Shown here piece by piece: positions 38,705 to 48,943 of a stretch of DNA of 64,000 bases. The notes beneath the pieces were generated by a model. It was not told where the DNA came from. It did no database searches and saw only the letters and a list, made by a program, of their open reading frames with translations. The number at the start of each line of letters is the position of its first letter. The first letter of the stretch is position 1. Origin of the DNA: Ferruginibacter sp. (GTDB lineage: Bacteria > Bacteroidota > Bacteroidia > Chitinophagales > Chitinophagaceae); contig JBKJPN010000204.1 in the NCBI GenBank assembly GCA_046595125.1, forward strand, positions 595-64,594. Reading direction: 5' to 3'. A program made the translations under genes and the position numbers.

Positions 38705-39412
38705 ATGAACATAGTAATTACAGGCGCATCAAAGGGACTGGGCAAAGCCATTACCGAAGCTTTTGCCGATGATAAACAGGGGCACAGTTTTTTTCTTTGT
38801 GCACGAAATCAGGTAGAACTTGAAAGAACAGGCAAAGAGTTGCAGGGCAGGTTTCCTCGCATTAATATGTACACCAAAACATGCGATGTTGGCGATAAGA
38901 TTTCGGTACGGGAATTTGCAAAATGGATTTTGAGCAAAACAGATAAAATTGATATACTCGTTAATAATGCCGGCATTTTTGTGCCCGGCAGTGTACACAG
39001 TGAGGAAGAAGGCATGCTGGAGAAAATGATTGAAACAAATGTTTACGGTCCTTATCATTTAACTAGGATGTTGTTACCGGGTATGATAGAAGCTGGCAGT
39101 GGGCATATTTTCAATATCTGCTCCATAGCCGCGTTAGGCGCCTATGAAAATGGCGGCTCATACAGCATCAGCAAGTTTGCTATGTATGGGTTTAGCAAAA
39201 ACCTACGTGAAGAAATGAAACCACTCGGTATTAAAGTTACCCATGTGCTGCCTGGTGCAGCTTTTACCGACAGTTGGAGTGGCAGTGGAATAGACCCTAA
39301 ACGCATAATGGAAGCAACAGACGTTGCTAAAATGGTTTATGCTGCAGCACACTTGTCGCCACAGGCCTGTGTGGAGGAAATTATTTTACGGCCACAGCTC
39401 GGGGATCTGTAA
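38705..39412 (+). CDS. SDR family oxidoreductase
   Basis: TGASKGLG, LVNNAG, YSISK. Confidence 0.92.
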   Translation: MNIVITGASKGLGKAITEAFADDKQGHSFFLCARNQVELERTGKELQGRFPRINMYTKTCDVGDKISVREFAKWILSKTDKIDILVNNAGIFVPGSVHSEEEGMLEKMIETNVYGPYHLTRMLLPGMIEAGSGHIFNICSIAALGAYENGGSYSISKFAMYGFSKNLREEMKPLGIKVTHVLPGAAFTDSWSGSGIDPKRIMEATDVAKMVYAAAHLSPQACVEEIILRPQLGDL

Positions 39413-39499
39413 GTACAGTAGTTTAACAATTTATTTAAGCCGTTTGCACTTCTGATTTTTTATGGCAATAAGTAATCCGTTATTTTTGCTTTCACTGAT

Positions 39500-41398
39500 A
39501 TGCGTTCATTTTTACACAAAATATTTTTATTTTTTCTGTTGCTTGCCGGAAAAGCGGCAATTGCACAGGTAAAATTTACAGCCAGCGTTTCTCCATCCGA
39601 AATTGGAATAAATGAATACAGTCAATTGGAGCTGCGGGTCGAAAATGTTTCGGAAATACAACAGATTGTTCCTCCTTCACTAAAAAATTTCGATATAATC
39701 AGCGGCCCCAACCAGGAGAGCGGCATGACGATGGTGAATGGCGTAGTAAAAAAATATTTTAGCCTCAATTTTATCATCAAGCCTCGCAAAACAGGCCGGT
39801 TCGTTATACCTGCTGCAGCGGCAAAGGTAGATGGGGCCGAACTTACAAGTAATCAAGTGGTGTTGGTAGTAACCAACAAGGCATCAACAAACCAATCTGG
39901 AAATGTTATACTGAGCAGTCCTTTTGGTGGGCAGGATCCGTTTGCAGAACCTACGCCCCGTTCATCTTATAAAGATTATATTTTGCGCAAGGGCGAAAAT
40001 CCGTCAGAAAAAATCAGGCGCAACATGTTTGTACGTGCCGAAGTTGATAAAACCAGTGTTTATGTTGGCGAACCAGTTGTTGCCACATTCAAATTATACA
40101 CGCGGTTGAAAAGTGAAAGTAACATGATTAAAAATCCATCCTTCAATGGATTTTCGGTGATTGACATACAGCAGCCCAACGATATGATACCCCGGTTTGA
40201 AAAATATGAAGGTCGGGAATATAATGTGTATACTTTACGAAAGGCGCAGTTATACCCCTTGCTGTCGGGTAATCTTGAATTGGGCGTTGCCGAAATTGAA
40301 AACAATGTACGCTTTATAAAAGCTGAATATTTAGATGCACAGCAGAATCAGTTTGGTGATAGTTTCAGGGATTTTGTAGATGCTGGTATTCCGGCTGCTG
40401 GCACAGAAATTCATAAGGTTACACTCCAAAATAAACCTATTTCTGTTCTGGTAAAAGTGTTACCTGATGCCAACAAACCGGCAAGTTTTAAAGGTGCCGT
40501 GGGAAATTTTGAAATTGAAGCCAAGGTAGAAAAAAATAGTTTCAGCACTGATGATGCAGGTAAACTGGCAGTAATAATAAGCGGCTCGGGTAATTTGCAA
40601 ATGATTAATGCGCCTACAATAAACTGGCCAGAAGCTGTAGAAGGCTTTGATTCAAAAGCAACCGACGATTTGTATAAAGGTACCGTGCCTGTAAGTGGAA
40701 GAAAGATATTTGAATTCCCTTTCACGGTTTCCAAGGCAGGCCAGTACACAATTCCTGCATTGGAATTCAGCTATTTTGATAGCCGGGAAGCAAAATATAA
40801 AACCGTTACAACCAAACCTGTTGAAATATCGGTTACCAAAGGCACAGGTAAGCCGAAGAAAATGGATGTTGCTGAAAATAAAAAATCGACAGGAAATTTT
40901 CTTAGCAAATTTTTCAGCAACCGGTTACGGGTAGTAAGTGTAATTGCGGTGCTTATCATTCTGGGTTTAATTATTTGGTTGAAAAGAGATACAAAACAGG
41001 ATAAACAGACAGCAGAAGCAGCTACATTACAGGAGGAGATTATTTCGGATGATAAACCTGTTGAAGCGATATTAGAAAGTCAGCAAAATCCTTTAGAGGC
41101 TGCAGAAAGACACCTGCAAAGGCAAGATGGTACTGCATTTTATATTGCACTGAACGATGGGCTGAAAAATTATTTAGCAAAAAAATTATCTATTACACCC
41201 GAAGAATTGAATAAAAAAAATATTACAGAGCAGGTGGATAACCATGGAATAGCCAATGAAACGGCTGTGCAGCTATATACCCTGATTGATGATATAGAAT
41301 TTGAATTGTACACACCTTTTGCCGAAAGTGAAAAGATGAAAGAGATGTATGACAGGACTAATACCGTTATTCAGCTATTGAATACTTACCGCATTTAA
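39500..41398 (+). CDS. batD: BatD family protein
   Basis: Signal peptide, VDKTSVYVGEPV, FKGAVGNF, ISGSGNL, FSYFD, single C-terminal TM. Confidence 0.8.
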   Translation: MRSFLHKIFLFFLLLAGKAAIAQVKFTASVSPSEIGINEYSQLELRVENVSEIQQIVPPSLKNFDIISGPNQESGMTMVNGVVKKYFSLNFIIKPRKTGRFVIPAAAAKVDGAELTSNQVVLVVTNKASTNQSGNVILSSPFGGQDPFAEPTPRSSYKDYILRKGENPSEKIRRNMFVRAEVDKTSVYVGEPVVATFKLYTRLKSESNMIKNPSFNGFSVIDIQQPNDMIPRFEKYEGREYNVYTLRKAQLYPLLSGNLELGVAEIENNVRFIKAEYLDAQQNQFGDSFRDFVDAGIPAAGTEIHKVTLQNKPISVLVKVLPDANKPASFKGAVGNFEIEAKVEKNSFSTDDAGKLAVIISGSGNLQMINAPTINWPEAVEGFDSKATDDLYKGTVPVSGRKIFEFPFTVSKAGQYTIPALEFSYFDSREAKYKTVTTKPVEISVTKGTGKPKKMDVAENKKSTGNFLSKFFSNRLRVVSVIAVLIILGLIIWLKRDTKQDKQTAEAATLQEEIISDDKPVEAILESQQNPLEAAERHLQRQDGTAFYIALNDGLKNYLAKKLSITPEELNKKNITEQVDNHGIANETAVQLYTLIDDIEFELYTPFAESEKMKEMYDRTNTVIQLLNTYRI

Positions 41399-42102
41399 GC
41401 AGCGGTAAATTTATAACCCACGCCACGTACTGCATGAAAATATTCTGGGTCACGGCTGTCGGCTTCAAAATACTTGCGAAAGTTGAGGATAAAATTATCG
41501 ATAGTACGGGTAGTAGGGTAAACATTGTAACCCCAAACCACCTGTAATATTTTTTCACGGGTTACCACTTCATTTTTATTTTCGATTAGCAGCTTCAGCA
41601 GCATAATCTCTTTTTTGGTAAGGGTTATTTTTTCGCCGCTTTTAATAAACGCTTCCGATGCTTTAAAATCGATTTTGTTTTTGCCGAAAGTATAAATTTC
41701 TGGCAGTGGTTGTTTGGTACTCAACCTTTCACTTTTTTTAATGAGATTATTTACCCTTATTAAAAGTTCTTCCAGATTAAATGGTTTGGTAAGGTAATCG
41801 TCGGCACCTTTTTTAAGGCCCAGCACTCTGTCGGCGCTGCTGTTTTTTGCACTAAGGATGAGAATGGGAATATCGGCATTGCTCAGCCTGATGGTTTCGC
41901 AAACGGTAATGCCATCCACTTCGGGCAGCATGATATCAAGAATGATGAGATTGAAAAATTCTTTTTGTACCGCCTGCAAAGCTTCGGCACCATCGTAAGC
42001 ACTGGTAATTTCATAGCCTTCCAATTCTAGGTTAAGCTTTAGCGCTTCCTGTAAATTTTCCTCGTCTTCTACCAGTAATATCGAAAATTTTTTATCGGAC
42101 AT
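41395..42102 (-). CDS. OmpR-family response regulator
   Basis: LLVEDE, LDIMLP, KPF, winged helix RTIDNFI..VRGVGYKF. Confidence 0.94.
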   Translation of the reverse strand: MSDKKFSILLVEDEENLQEALKLNLELEGYEITSAYDGAEALQAVQKEFFNLIILDIMLPEVDGITVCETIRLSNADIPILILSAKNSSADRVLGLKKGADDYLTKPFNLEELLIRVNNLIKKSERLSTKQPLPEIYTFGKNKIDFKASEAFIKSGEKITLTKKEIMLLKLLIENKNEVVTREKILQVVWGYNVYPTTRTIDNFILNFRKYFEADSRDPEYFHAVRGVGYKFTAA

Positions 42103-42110
42103 ATTTAAAG

Positions 42111-43097
42111 CTATGCTTTTTCGGTTGATGATTTTAAGATAACTGTAAAAGTACTGCCTGTAGGGTTATTGTCTGTCACAGTAATGTTTGCATTATGTTG
42201 TTTGGCTATTTTTTTAGAGAGATAAAGTCCCAACCCGGTTCCCTTAGCGGCTTTGGTAGCGGCATTGCCAATGCGGTAAAATTTGGTAAATATTTTTTCT
42301 CTTTCTTCTGCAGCAATTCCTTTGCCCTGGTCTTTTACCAGTAAAAATATCTGTTCGTCCTTTTCAGACAAAGAAACTGAAACGGGCATTTCCTTTGGGC
42401 TGTATTTGATGGCATTGTCAATCAGGTTGTTGGCCAGCATTTGTAACAATAGCCGGTCGCCATCTATAAAAATATCTTTGGAAATATCTGTTTCAATTTG
42501 CTGCTGCGGATAACGGGCTTTAAAATCCTGTACACATTTACTAATGAGCTCGCTGATATTTGTGTCTTCCAATGTCAGCCGGTAACCACCTGCTTCTATC
42601 TGCGAGGAGAGGAGCATGTTGTTACAAAGTGCATTCAGGCGGTTGGTTTCTTCCAGTGTGTTTTGTAAAAGTCGTTGCTGTTGCTTTTCATCCAGTTTTC
42701 GCTTTTGCATGGTCTCCAGGTTGAGCATGGCAACCGAAATGGGTGTTTTTAATTCATGCGTAATAGCAATCATAAAATTTTGCTGCTGTTCACTTATTTT
42801 AAGTTCACGTCGTACTGCCCTAAAAACGAAAACTGCTCCTGCAACAATCAACAGGAAAAAGGTAATGCCTTCGCCAATGTATTGTGCGGTCTTTCTTTTT
42901 TCAAGCGATTTTATTTCCTCGTATTTAGTCTGGTATTGGGCATCTGTTTGTTTCAGTTGCTCCAGTTCGTAAGTAGCCATTTGCTGATTTTGGCGGCTGA
43001 GGGCAATAAACCACCAGATAAGGGCGGCAAGTATATAGGCCAGTAAAAACCAATACAGGATAAATATGGAGCGGAGTTTTTTTGTTTTGTTGAACAT
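42111..43097 (-). CDS. Sensor histidine kinase
   Basis: Two TMs, ITHELKTP H-box, NLIDNAIKYS, DQGKGI, GTGLGL. Confidence 0.94.
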   Translation of the reverse strand: MFNKTKKLRSIFILYWFLLAYILAALIWWFIALSRQNQQMATYELEQLKQTDAQYQTKYEEIKSLEKRKTAQYIGEGITFFLLIVAGAVFVFRAVRRELKISEQQQNFMIAITHELKTPISVAMLNLETMQKRKLDEKQQQRLLQNTLEETNRLNALCNNMLLSSQIEAGGYRLTLEDTNISELISKCVQDFKARYPQQQIETDISKDIFIDGDRLLLQMLANNLIDNAIKYSPKEMPVSVSLSEKDEQIFLLVKDQGKGIAAEEREKIFTKFYRIGNAATKAAKGTGLGLYLSKKIAKQHNANITVTDNNPTGSTFTVILKSSTEKA

Positions 43098-43240
43098 AAT
43101 GAAAGTTCAGCAAAGGTATGCCGTACAAGTGAGATTCATTTTTGGCTTTTATCAAAAGCTAAAATGAACAAAATAATATTTACAACGATGATGCCATGAA
43201 TACTTCGACTTCGCTCAGCATTTATGCCGGCTACCAAAAA

Positions 43241-44119
43241 TTAATTCCGCTTATCCAATCCCCAACTCAGCTTATTACGCAGCGTTTGTAAAAAATTATT
43301 TTCGTTCAAGCGAATAAGGTTAAGGCCAAAACTTTCTTTCTTAACTGCGAGCTGAATTTCTTTGGTTACAAGTTCACGGCGGCTATCTAACGTGCAGAGG
43401 AATCCATCGGTGCGGCCCTCTACTTCAAAAGAAATAATATTGTTATCTGGAACTACTATGGGACGTATGTTTAAATTGTGTGGCGATACCGGCGTAATTA
43501 CAAAACTGCCACTATCAGGGAAGACAACAGGGCCATTACAGCTCAATGAATAACCTGTGGAGCCAGTTGGAGTGGATACAATTAATCCATCGGCCCAATA
43601 GGTATTTAAAAATTCACCATTGAGGTATGTGTGAATTTTAATCATGGGGGAGGAATCTTTTTTGTGCAACGTAAATTCATTCAATGCATAAGGCGCATTA
43701 TCAAACAAAGGAATATCAGAATCTAAATGCAGCAGTGTTCTTTTATCAAGTACATACGTGCGGTTTACAAGCGCTTCTACGGCCATATGCAAGTCTTCCT
43801 TACCAATGTTTGCCAAAAATCCCAGCCTGCCGTAATTGATACCGGCTACGGGAATGCCGCTGTCTTTTACCAAGGTAACTGTATCCAGTAGTGTTCCATC
43901 GCCACCTAAGCTGATGATAAAATCTATATTTTGATCCAGATCTTTCGATGAATTAAAGGTTGAATATTTTGCTTTTGAATTGATAGCAGAATAAAACTGG
44001 TTGAAAAAATCCTGGTAAAAAACTAGTTCCACACCACTGAGGGCAAGTTCATCTAACAGGCGTATAATATCCTGATGCTGATTATTCTCGATACCCCGGC
44101 TGTAGATTGCTATTTTCAT
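43241..44119 (-). CDS. nadK: NAD kinase
   Basis: LGGDGT, GRLGFL, ALNE, DGLIVSTPTGSTGYSLS. Confidence 0.94.
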   Translation of the reverse strand: MKIAIYSRGIENNQHQDIIRLLDELALSGVELVFYQDFFNQFYSAINSKAKYSTFNSSKDLDQNIDFIISLGGDGTLLDTVTLVKDSGIPVAGINYGRLGFLANIGKEDLHMAVEALVNRTYVLDKRTLLHLDSDIPLFDNAPYALNEFTLHKKDSSPMIKIHTYLNGEFLNTYWADGLIVSTPTGSTGYSLSCNGPVVFPDSGSFVITPVSPHNLNIRPIVVPDNNIISFEVEGRTDGFLCTLDSRRELVTKEIQLAVKKESFGLNLIRLNENNFLQTLRNKLSWGLDKRN

Positions 44120-44166
44120 ACCCCTATCTCCGCCAACTGGCGGAGAATTATACATTTTGTTATTAA

Positions 44167-45648
44167 TTAAAAACCTGATTGATTATGCAAAAATAAACCG
44201 TTTTGGCCTAACTGGTTAAAGCTGTATTCAAAACGAAGGTTTATATCGTACAAGGTAAGTATATCTATGCCAAATCCGCCAGAATATAAGAGACGGTTGC
44301 TGAGGTTTGTTTTGTAAATATCCTTTGTATATACATAACCCATATCGGCATAGGTTTTTGCAAAAATGGTAAACGGTATTTTTGTTAAAATTTTTGGAAA
44401 GAAAGGAAAGGGTACGTTAAACGCAATCAGTTTTTTCTTAAGCGTGGTTTTTATAAGTCCCGATGTTACACCATCTATAACATAGTACTCCAATCCACGC
44501 AGGTAATTTTCACCATAACCAAGCCCACGTTGGTTTATATAAGCCTGGTTAAAGGGAAGTTTTATTTTTCCGTTTAACTGAATACTGCTGTACCAGTTTT
44601 TACCAAGTGCATCATATTTATTGTAACCAGCTTCAACAGAGAGCATATTAACGCCACCAGTAAAACCTAACCCCATCTTTTTAATGGCAAGAAAACCTGT
44701 TTTACCTGTTAAAGGATAAGAGCTGTTGTTTACATTGGCATATTGCTGTACATAATTTAACTCAACAATTCCTTTTGAACTTACCGAATCGCCAAAATAA
44801 TTGGAGTTGTATTTTTTATTAATCACCGAATCGGCAATGGTTATGTGGCTGTAACTGGCAGAAAAAATATGCTTTCGGAATAAGCCTTTTCTGATGGTAT
44901 AACCTGCGTTAATGTACCAGCTTTTAAAAACAAATTCGGCTTTGGCTCTTGTAGTTGAATCAATGGGATAAAAAAGCAGTGAATCTTTGTAGCTGGTTTT
45001 AAAAGGTAACTCTCTTTTTTGGCTGTAACCAGCGCCTACAAAGAATCCGTCGGTTAGTGCTTTGTTGCTATAAGGTGCATTGTAACTGAAAGAAATATCC
45101 CTGGAGTAACCATTTATCAGGTAGATGCGTAACTGGTCACGCCGGCCACTGAGATTGTAGTGCACAAACTTTACGCCATAGTTTACTCTTTGTAAACTGT
45201 GGTTGTAGGTTTTCCACCACTCGTTAAAATTACGATCAATCCATTTAAATTGCGGAACAGGGTACAAGTACCAACGCTCTAAAACTTTTACATTAATGTT
45301 TATATTGAAAGCATCAATGGCTACCAGTTCAAACTTAACTTCATTAAAAAGGGTGGTGTTGTAAACCTGAAACCGTGCCTGTTCCATTTCTTTTTGCAAA
45401 TCGGGTATCAGTATCGAATCACCTGCTTTAAATTGTATCTCCCGGTAAACAATAAATATCTTGGTTTTTTTGGTGCCGATAACTTCTAGGTTTTTTATGC
45501 ATACTTTTTTGCCAGTATTGTTTGCAAACAAAGCAGTATCAACAAAAGTAAAATCGGGGGTTTTTAATGTTGTATTCTTTTGAGCATATAGTTGTCCTGT
45601 TAAGAGTAAAATAAAAACGCACCAGCCTATCTTTTTCAAATTATTCAT
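44167..45648 (-). CDS. POTRA-containing Omp85/TamA-like outer membrane protein
   Basis: Signal peptide, one POTRA-like region (IVYREI..LFNEV..VLERWY), beta-strand C-region ending in Phe, LRGLEYY motif. Confidence 0.7.
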   Translation of the reverse strand: MNNLKKIGWCVFILLLTGQLYAQKNTTLKTPDFTFVDTALFANNTGKKVCIKNLEVIGTKKTKIFIVYREIQFKAGDSILIPDLQKEMEQARFQVYNTTLFNEVKFELVAIDAFNININVKVLERWYLYPVPQFKWIDRNFNEWWKTYNHSLQRVNYGVKFVHYNLSGRRDQLRIYLINGYSRDISFSYNAPYSNKALTDGFFVGAGYSQKRELPFKTSYKDSLLFYPIDSTTRAKAEFVFKSWYINAGYTIRKGLFRKHIFSASYSHITIADSVINKKYNSNYFGDSVSSKGIVELNYVQQYANVNNSSYPLTGKTGFLAIKKMGLGFTGGVNMLSVEAGYNKYDALGKNWYSSIQLNGKIKLPFNQAYINQRGLGYGENYLRGLEYYVIDGVTSGLIKTTLKKKLIAFNVPFPFFPKILTKIPFTIFAKTYADMGYVYTKDIYKTNLSNRLLYSGGFGIDILTLYDINLRFEYSFNQLGQNGLFLHNQSGF

Positions 45649-45711
45649 CAGGCAAATACTTTGCTTTACAATCAGTAAGTTAATACTATCGGGGAAAAGA
45701 TACCGCAACGG

Positions 45712-46374
45712 TTAAATATCGAGGTAATTCATCAGGTGGCGGTAGTTGCTGTGAATTTCATTTTCAAATTTTTCGTTACCAAAATAATAGATAACATCAA
45801 ATTCGTACCGCTCAAAAGTTGCTACAATGGCAGATATTTCTTTTTTGTTGATGTGCAGGGTTACAGTAAGCATGCCGGTTTCGGGATGTATTGTACTGTT
45901 TAAATGGAGTATGGTGGCATCGTTGCTTTCCACTAAACGGCTTATTTCGGAAATGGCAAACTGACTACGCTCCATCTCTAGTACAATAATGCCGCCTATT
46001 TCGTTGGTGCCAGCAAAATTGCCCAGTGTTTTTAATAAATTATCGGTTGTTATCACACCCATTAATTCATGCTCTTCGTTTAGTACAGGTACAACTGTAC
46101 TATCAATTTGATTGCTGCAGGTTACGGCATTTAAAAAATGTTCATTATCATGCACAAATGCATGTATAAAAGAATCCTGCATTAATTCGATGGGCATTTT
46201 TGGTTCTTCCTGGTCTAGCAAATCATCTTCGCTTACCAAGCCTAAAAATTTTTCATCTTCCACCACTGGTAAGTGAGTTACTCTGAAATCGCCAATAAGC
46301 CCCAATGCTTTGCCTACCGAATCTTTAAGCTGTAAACGGGGAATATTGTTATTAATGAGGTCGATGGTTAACAT
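45712..46374 (-). CDS. CBS domain-containing protein
   Basis: Two CBS motifs (LPVVEDEKFLGLVS, VPVLNEEHELMGVIT) plus an ACT-like tail. Confidence 0.85.
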   Translation of the reverse strand: MLTIDLINNNIPRLQLKDSVGKALGLIGDFRVTHLPVVEDEKFLGLVSEDDLLDQEEPKMPIELMQDSFIHAFVHDNEHFLNAVTCSNQIDSTVVPVLNEEHELMGVITTDNLLKTLGNFAGTNEIGGIIVLEMERSQFAISEISRLVESNDATILHLNSTIHPETGMLTVTLHINKKEISAIVATFERYEFDVIYYFGNEKFENEIHSNYRHLMNYLDI

Positions 46375-46451
46375 ATAACTGGTTTAGGTTAGCAACAGCC
46401 AATATTATAACGGAGTACCAATGTGTAAAAGTATATAGACAACTTAATCTT

Positions 46452-47228
46452 CTAAATTGTTGCAGCGGGCGTTTTTAATTTTGTTAAAAACGCATCCAGC
46501 AGCCGGTTAAACTCTTCGGGCACTTCCATCATAGGTGCATGGCCGCATTTATCTACAAAATGTAATTCGCTGGTTGGCATCAGCCTGTGAAATTCTTTGG
46601 CCACAAAGGGCGGAGTAATGGTATCATTATTTCCCCAAATGAGGCAGGATGGTTGTTTGATTTGATTTAACTCTTCACCCAAATTATTGCGGATGGCGCT
46701 TTTTGCCAGCGCAATAATTTTAATCACTTTCATGCGATTGTTGGTGATTTCAAAAACTTCATTCACCAATTCTTCGGTCGCCATGGCGGGATCATAAAAA
46801 GTGAGCTCGGTTTTTTTGCGGATATATTCTTTATCGCCACGTTTGGGATAAGTATCGCCCATGCCGTTTTCAAATAAGCCAGAGCTGCCTGTAAGTGTGA
46901 TTGATTTGATGCGTTCGGGTTGTTTTAAAATGTGCACCAGCGCCACATGGCCGCCCAGCGAGTTGCCCAGTAAATGAATATCGTTATAATTGCGATGCTC
47001 AATAAAGCGATGCACAAATTTTTGTAAACCGCCAACCGAAGTGTGCAGCAAATCAAGTTCCAATAAAGGTAACAGCGGAACTATAACCTTATTGGTTTTA
47101 CGAAAATGCTCAATGAGAAACTGAAAGTTGCTGAGGGCACCAAAAAGTCCATGCAGCAGCATCAGCGGTTCACCATCGCCTTCTTCAATAAATCTAAATT
47201 TTCCGTCTTGTTTTATTTCGTAACTCAT
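46452..47228 (-). CDS. Alpha/beta fold hydrolase
   Basis: LHGLFG, GNSLGG nucleophile, WGNNDTITP, CGHAPM. Confidence 0.9.
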   Translation of the reverse strand: MSYEIKQDGKFRFIEEGDGEPLMLLHGLFGALSNFQFLIEHFRKTNKVIVPLLPLLELDLLHTSVGGLQKFVHRFIEHRNYNDIHLLGNSLGGHVALVHILKQPERIKSITLTGSSGLFENGMGDTYPKRGDKEYIRKKTELTFYDPAMATEELVNEVFEITNNRMKVIKIIALAKSAIRNNLGEELNQIKQPSCLIWGNNDTITPPFVAKEFHRLMPTSELHFVDKCGHAPMMEVPEEFNRLLDAFLTKLKTPAATI

Positions 47229-47414
47229 CCCTAAAAACTAATTAATAATATAAACCGCTAACTCAATCTTAAAGTTATGAAATGAGCCATAAGTTAAAGT
47301 TGTTTATCAACCGTGATAATTATGGCGAATTCAATGTGACCAAAATCAATTAATATCTCCACATTAAACCGTTGATTGAGGCTAAAATTACGTTAAATAA
47401 GATAATGGCTGAAA

Positions 47415-47954
47415 TTAATGCTGCATTTTGTTTGAGAGGCCATTGAAAAAATCTCCCAACTGGGTAAACATATCTTTAAACCATGGGATAATGCTGCCAA
47501 AGCTATCCATTACTCTGGGTCCCCAAGGCTGTATAAAATGGTACGTTACCGATGATTGTATGGTTGCCGGTTGCAGCAACTGTAGCTTCTCAGCATAAAA
47601 AATAAAAATACTAAGGATAATCGTGTACAGTGCAGCATATAACAAGATACCGCCAATTCGGTTTGCCCAGCCCAGCAACGCAACCTGAAATGCTTTTTCG
47701 ATCAATTTACCACCGAGCCGTACCAAAAGAGCCACTCCAAAAAATACCAAAGCAAAAGCAATAAAGGGGAGCCATTTAGCAGAGATGTTGATACTGTCTT
47801 TAAGATAATCGGCTACTAGAGCCGATAACTTTAATGCTGCCGCCAATCCTACAATAAAGGCAATAATGGAAAACAAGGCAATGATTAATCCTTTTTGGTA
47901 GCCTTTAAAAAGGGCCATGATCATGAACACCGCAAATATCAGGTCTATAAACAT
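47415..47954 (-). CDS. cvpA: CvpA family protein
   Basis: Hydrophobic N-half, KGYQKGLI, LGWANRIGG. Confidence 0.82.
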   Translation of the reverse strand: MFIDLIFAVFMIMALFKGYQKGLIIALFSIIAFIVGLAAALKLSALVADYLKDSINISAKWLPFIAFALVFFGVALLVRLGGKLIEKAFQVALLGWANRIGGILLYAALYTIILSIFIFYAEKLQLLQPATIQSSVTYHFIQPWGPRVMDSFGSIIPWFKDMFTQLGDFFNGLSNKMQH

Positions 47955-47986
47955 TGGTAAGCTTTATAACCTCAATATAGCAAAAT

Positions 47987-48439
47987 CTATCCAGCCAGTA
48001 TTTCCTTAACGATATTGCTGATTACCTTTCCATCGGCTTTGCCCGCTAATTGTTTGCTGGCTACGCCCATTACTTTGCCCATATCGGCAGGATTAGAAGC
48101 GCCGGTTTCGGTGATGATTTGTTGAATAATTGTTTTCAATGCTGCTTCATCTAATTGTTTGGGCAGAAATTTTTCTATAACAGCCATCTCCTCTCTTTCT
48201 TTTGCTGCCAGGTCTTCACGACCCTGCTTTTCAAAAATATCTAGCGAATCTCTGCGCTGCTTCATCATCTTTTGTAAAAATTTTTGCTCGGTAGCTTCGT
48301 CAATGGTACCACCAGCACCGGGGTCGGTTTTGGCCTTAATAATTTCGGCTTTAATAGCACGCAAGGCTCGCAGAACCCCTTCGTTCTTAGCTTTCATGGC
48401 CTCTTTCATTTCGGTCATTATCTGTGTTTCTAAATTCAT
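47987..48439 (-). CDS. GatB/YqeY domain protein
   Basis: MKEAMKAK, KQRRDS, EMAVIEKFLP, MGKVMG. Confidence 0.92.
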   Translation of the reverse strand: MNLETQIMTEMKEAMKAKNEGVLRALRAIKAEIIKAKTDPGAGGTIDEATEQKFLQKMMKQRRDSLDIFEKQGREDLAAKEREEMAVIEKFLPKQLDEAALKTIIQQIITETGASNPADMGKVMGVASKQLAGKADGKVISNIVKEILAG

Positions 48440-48473
48440 AGTGGTTTTCTTTTAGTGTTTAAGTCTTTATTTA

Positions 48474-48537
48474 TTGGCTGTTGGCTATTAGCCTTTAGCC
48501 ATCAGCTTTTGAACCCCGCTAACGGCTAACAGCTAAC
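48474..48537. repeat. Degenerate heptamer array with inverted halves
   Basis: ttggctg ttggcta ttagcct ttagcca tcagctt ... ccgctaa cggctaa cagctaa. Confidence 0.7.
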
Positions 48538-48546
48538 TTCTTATAG

Positions 48547-48891
48547 CTACTTTTGCTCCTTCATCTGTATCGCTCTAAACTTATCAAAAAATTCTTTCGC
48601 AAATTTTTTCATGTCGTCGCTCATTTCCTGCTGCTGGGTGGCTCTTTTAAAAGTATCGGCCATGCTCATCAGCATCTGGTAATAAAAATCGGCCATCTCA
48701 TCTACCATCATGTCTTTTGTCCACAAGTCAATCCGCAGGGCGGTTTTATCGGTGCCATCCCAAAATGCAACGCTCATAGCTTTGGCTTTTTGCACCATAT
48801 TGGCGGTACTGTCGCTGGCAATCCAGTTTATCTGCTCGGGTACTTTATTGGGGTCTAGTAAAACGTCGATTTTTATGGTAGATTGATTCAT
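48547..48891 (-). CDS. gldC: Gliding motility protein GldC
   Basis: VPEQINW, WDG..ALRIDLWTKDM.VDEM..F. Confidence 0.9.
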   Translation of the reverse strand: MNQSTIKIDVLLDPNKVPEQINWIASDSTANMVQKAKAMSVAFWDGTDKTALRIDLWTKDMMVDEMADFYYQMLMSMADTFKRATQQQEMSDDMKKFAKEFFDKFRAIQMKEQK

Positions 48892-48943
48892 ATTATTATT
48901 TATCCAATACCGGATTATTTGTGAACCGCAAATTTAACTGAAA

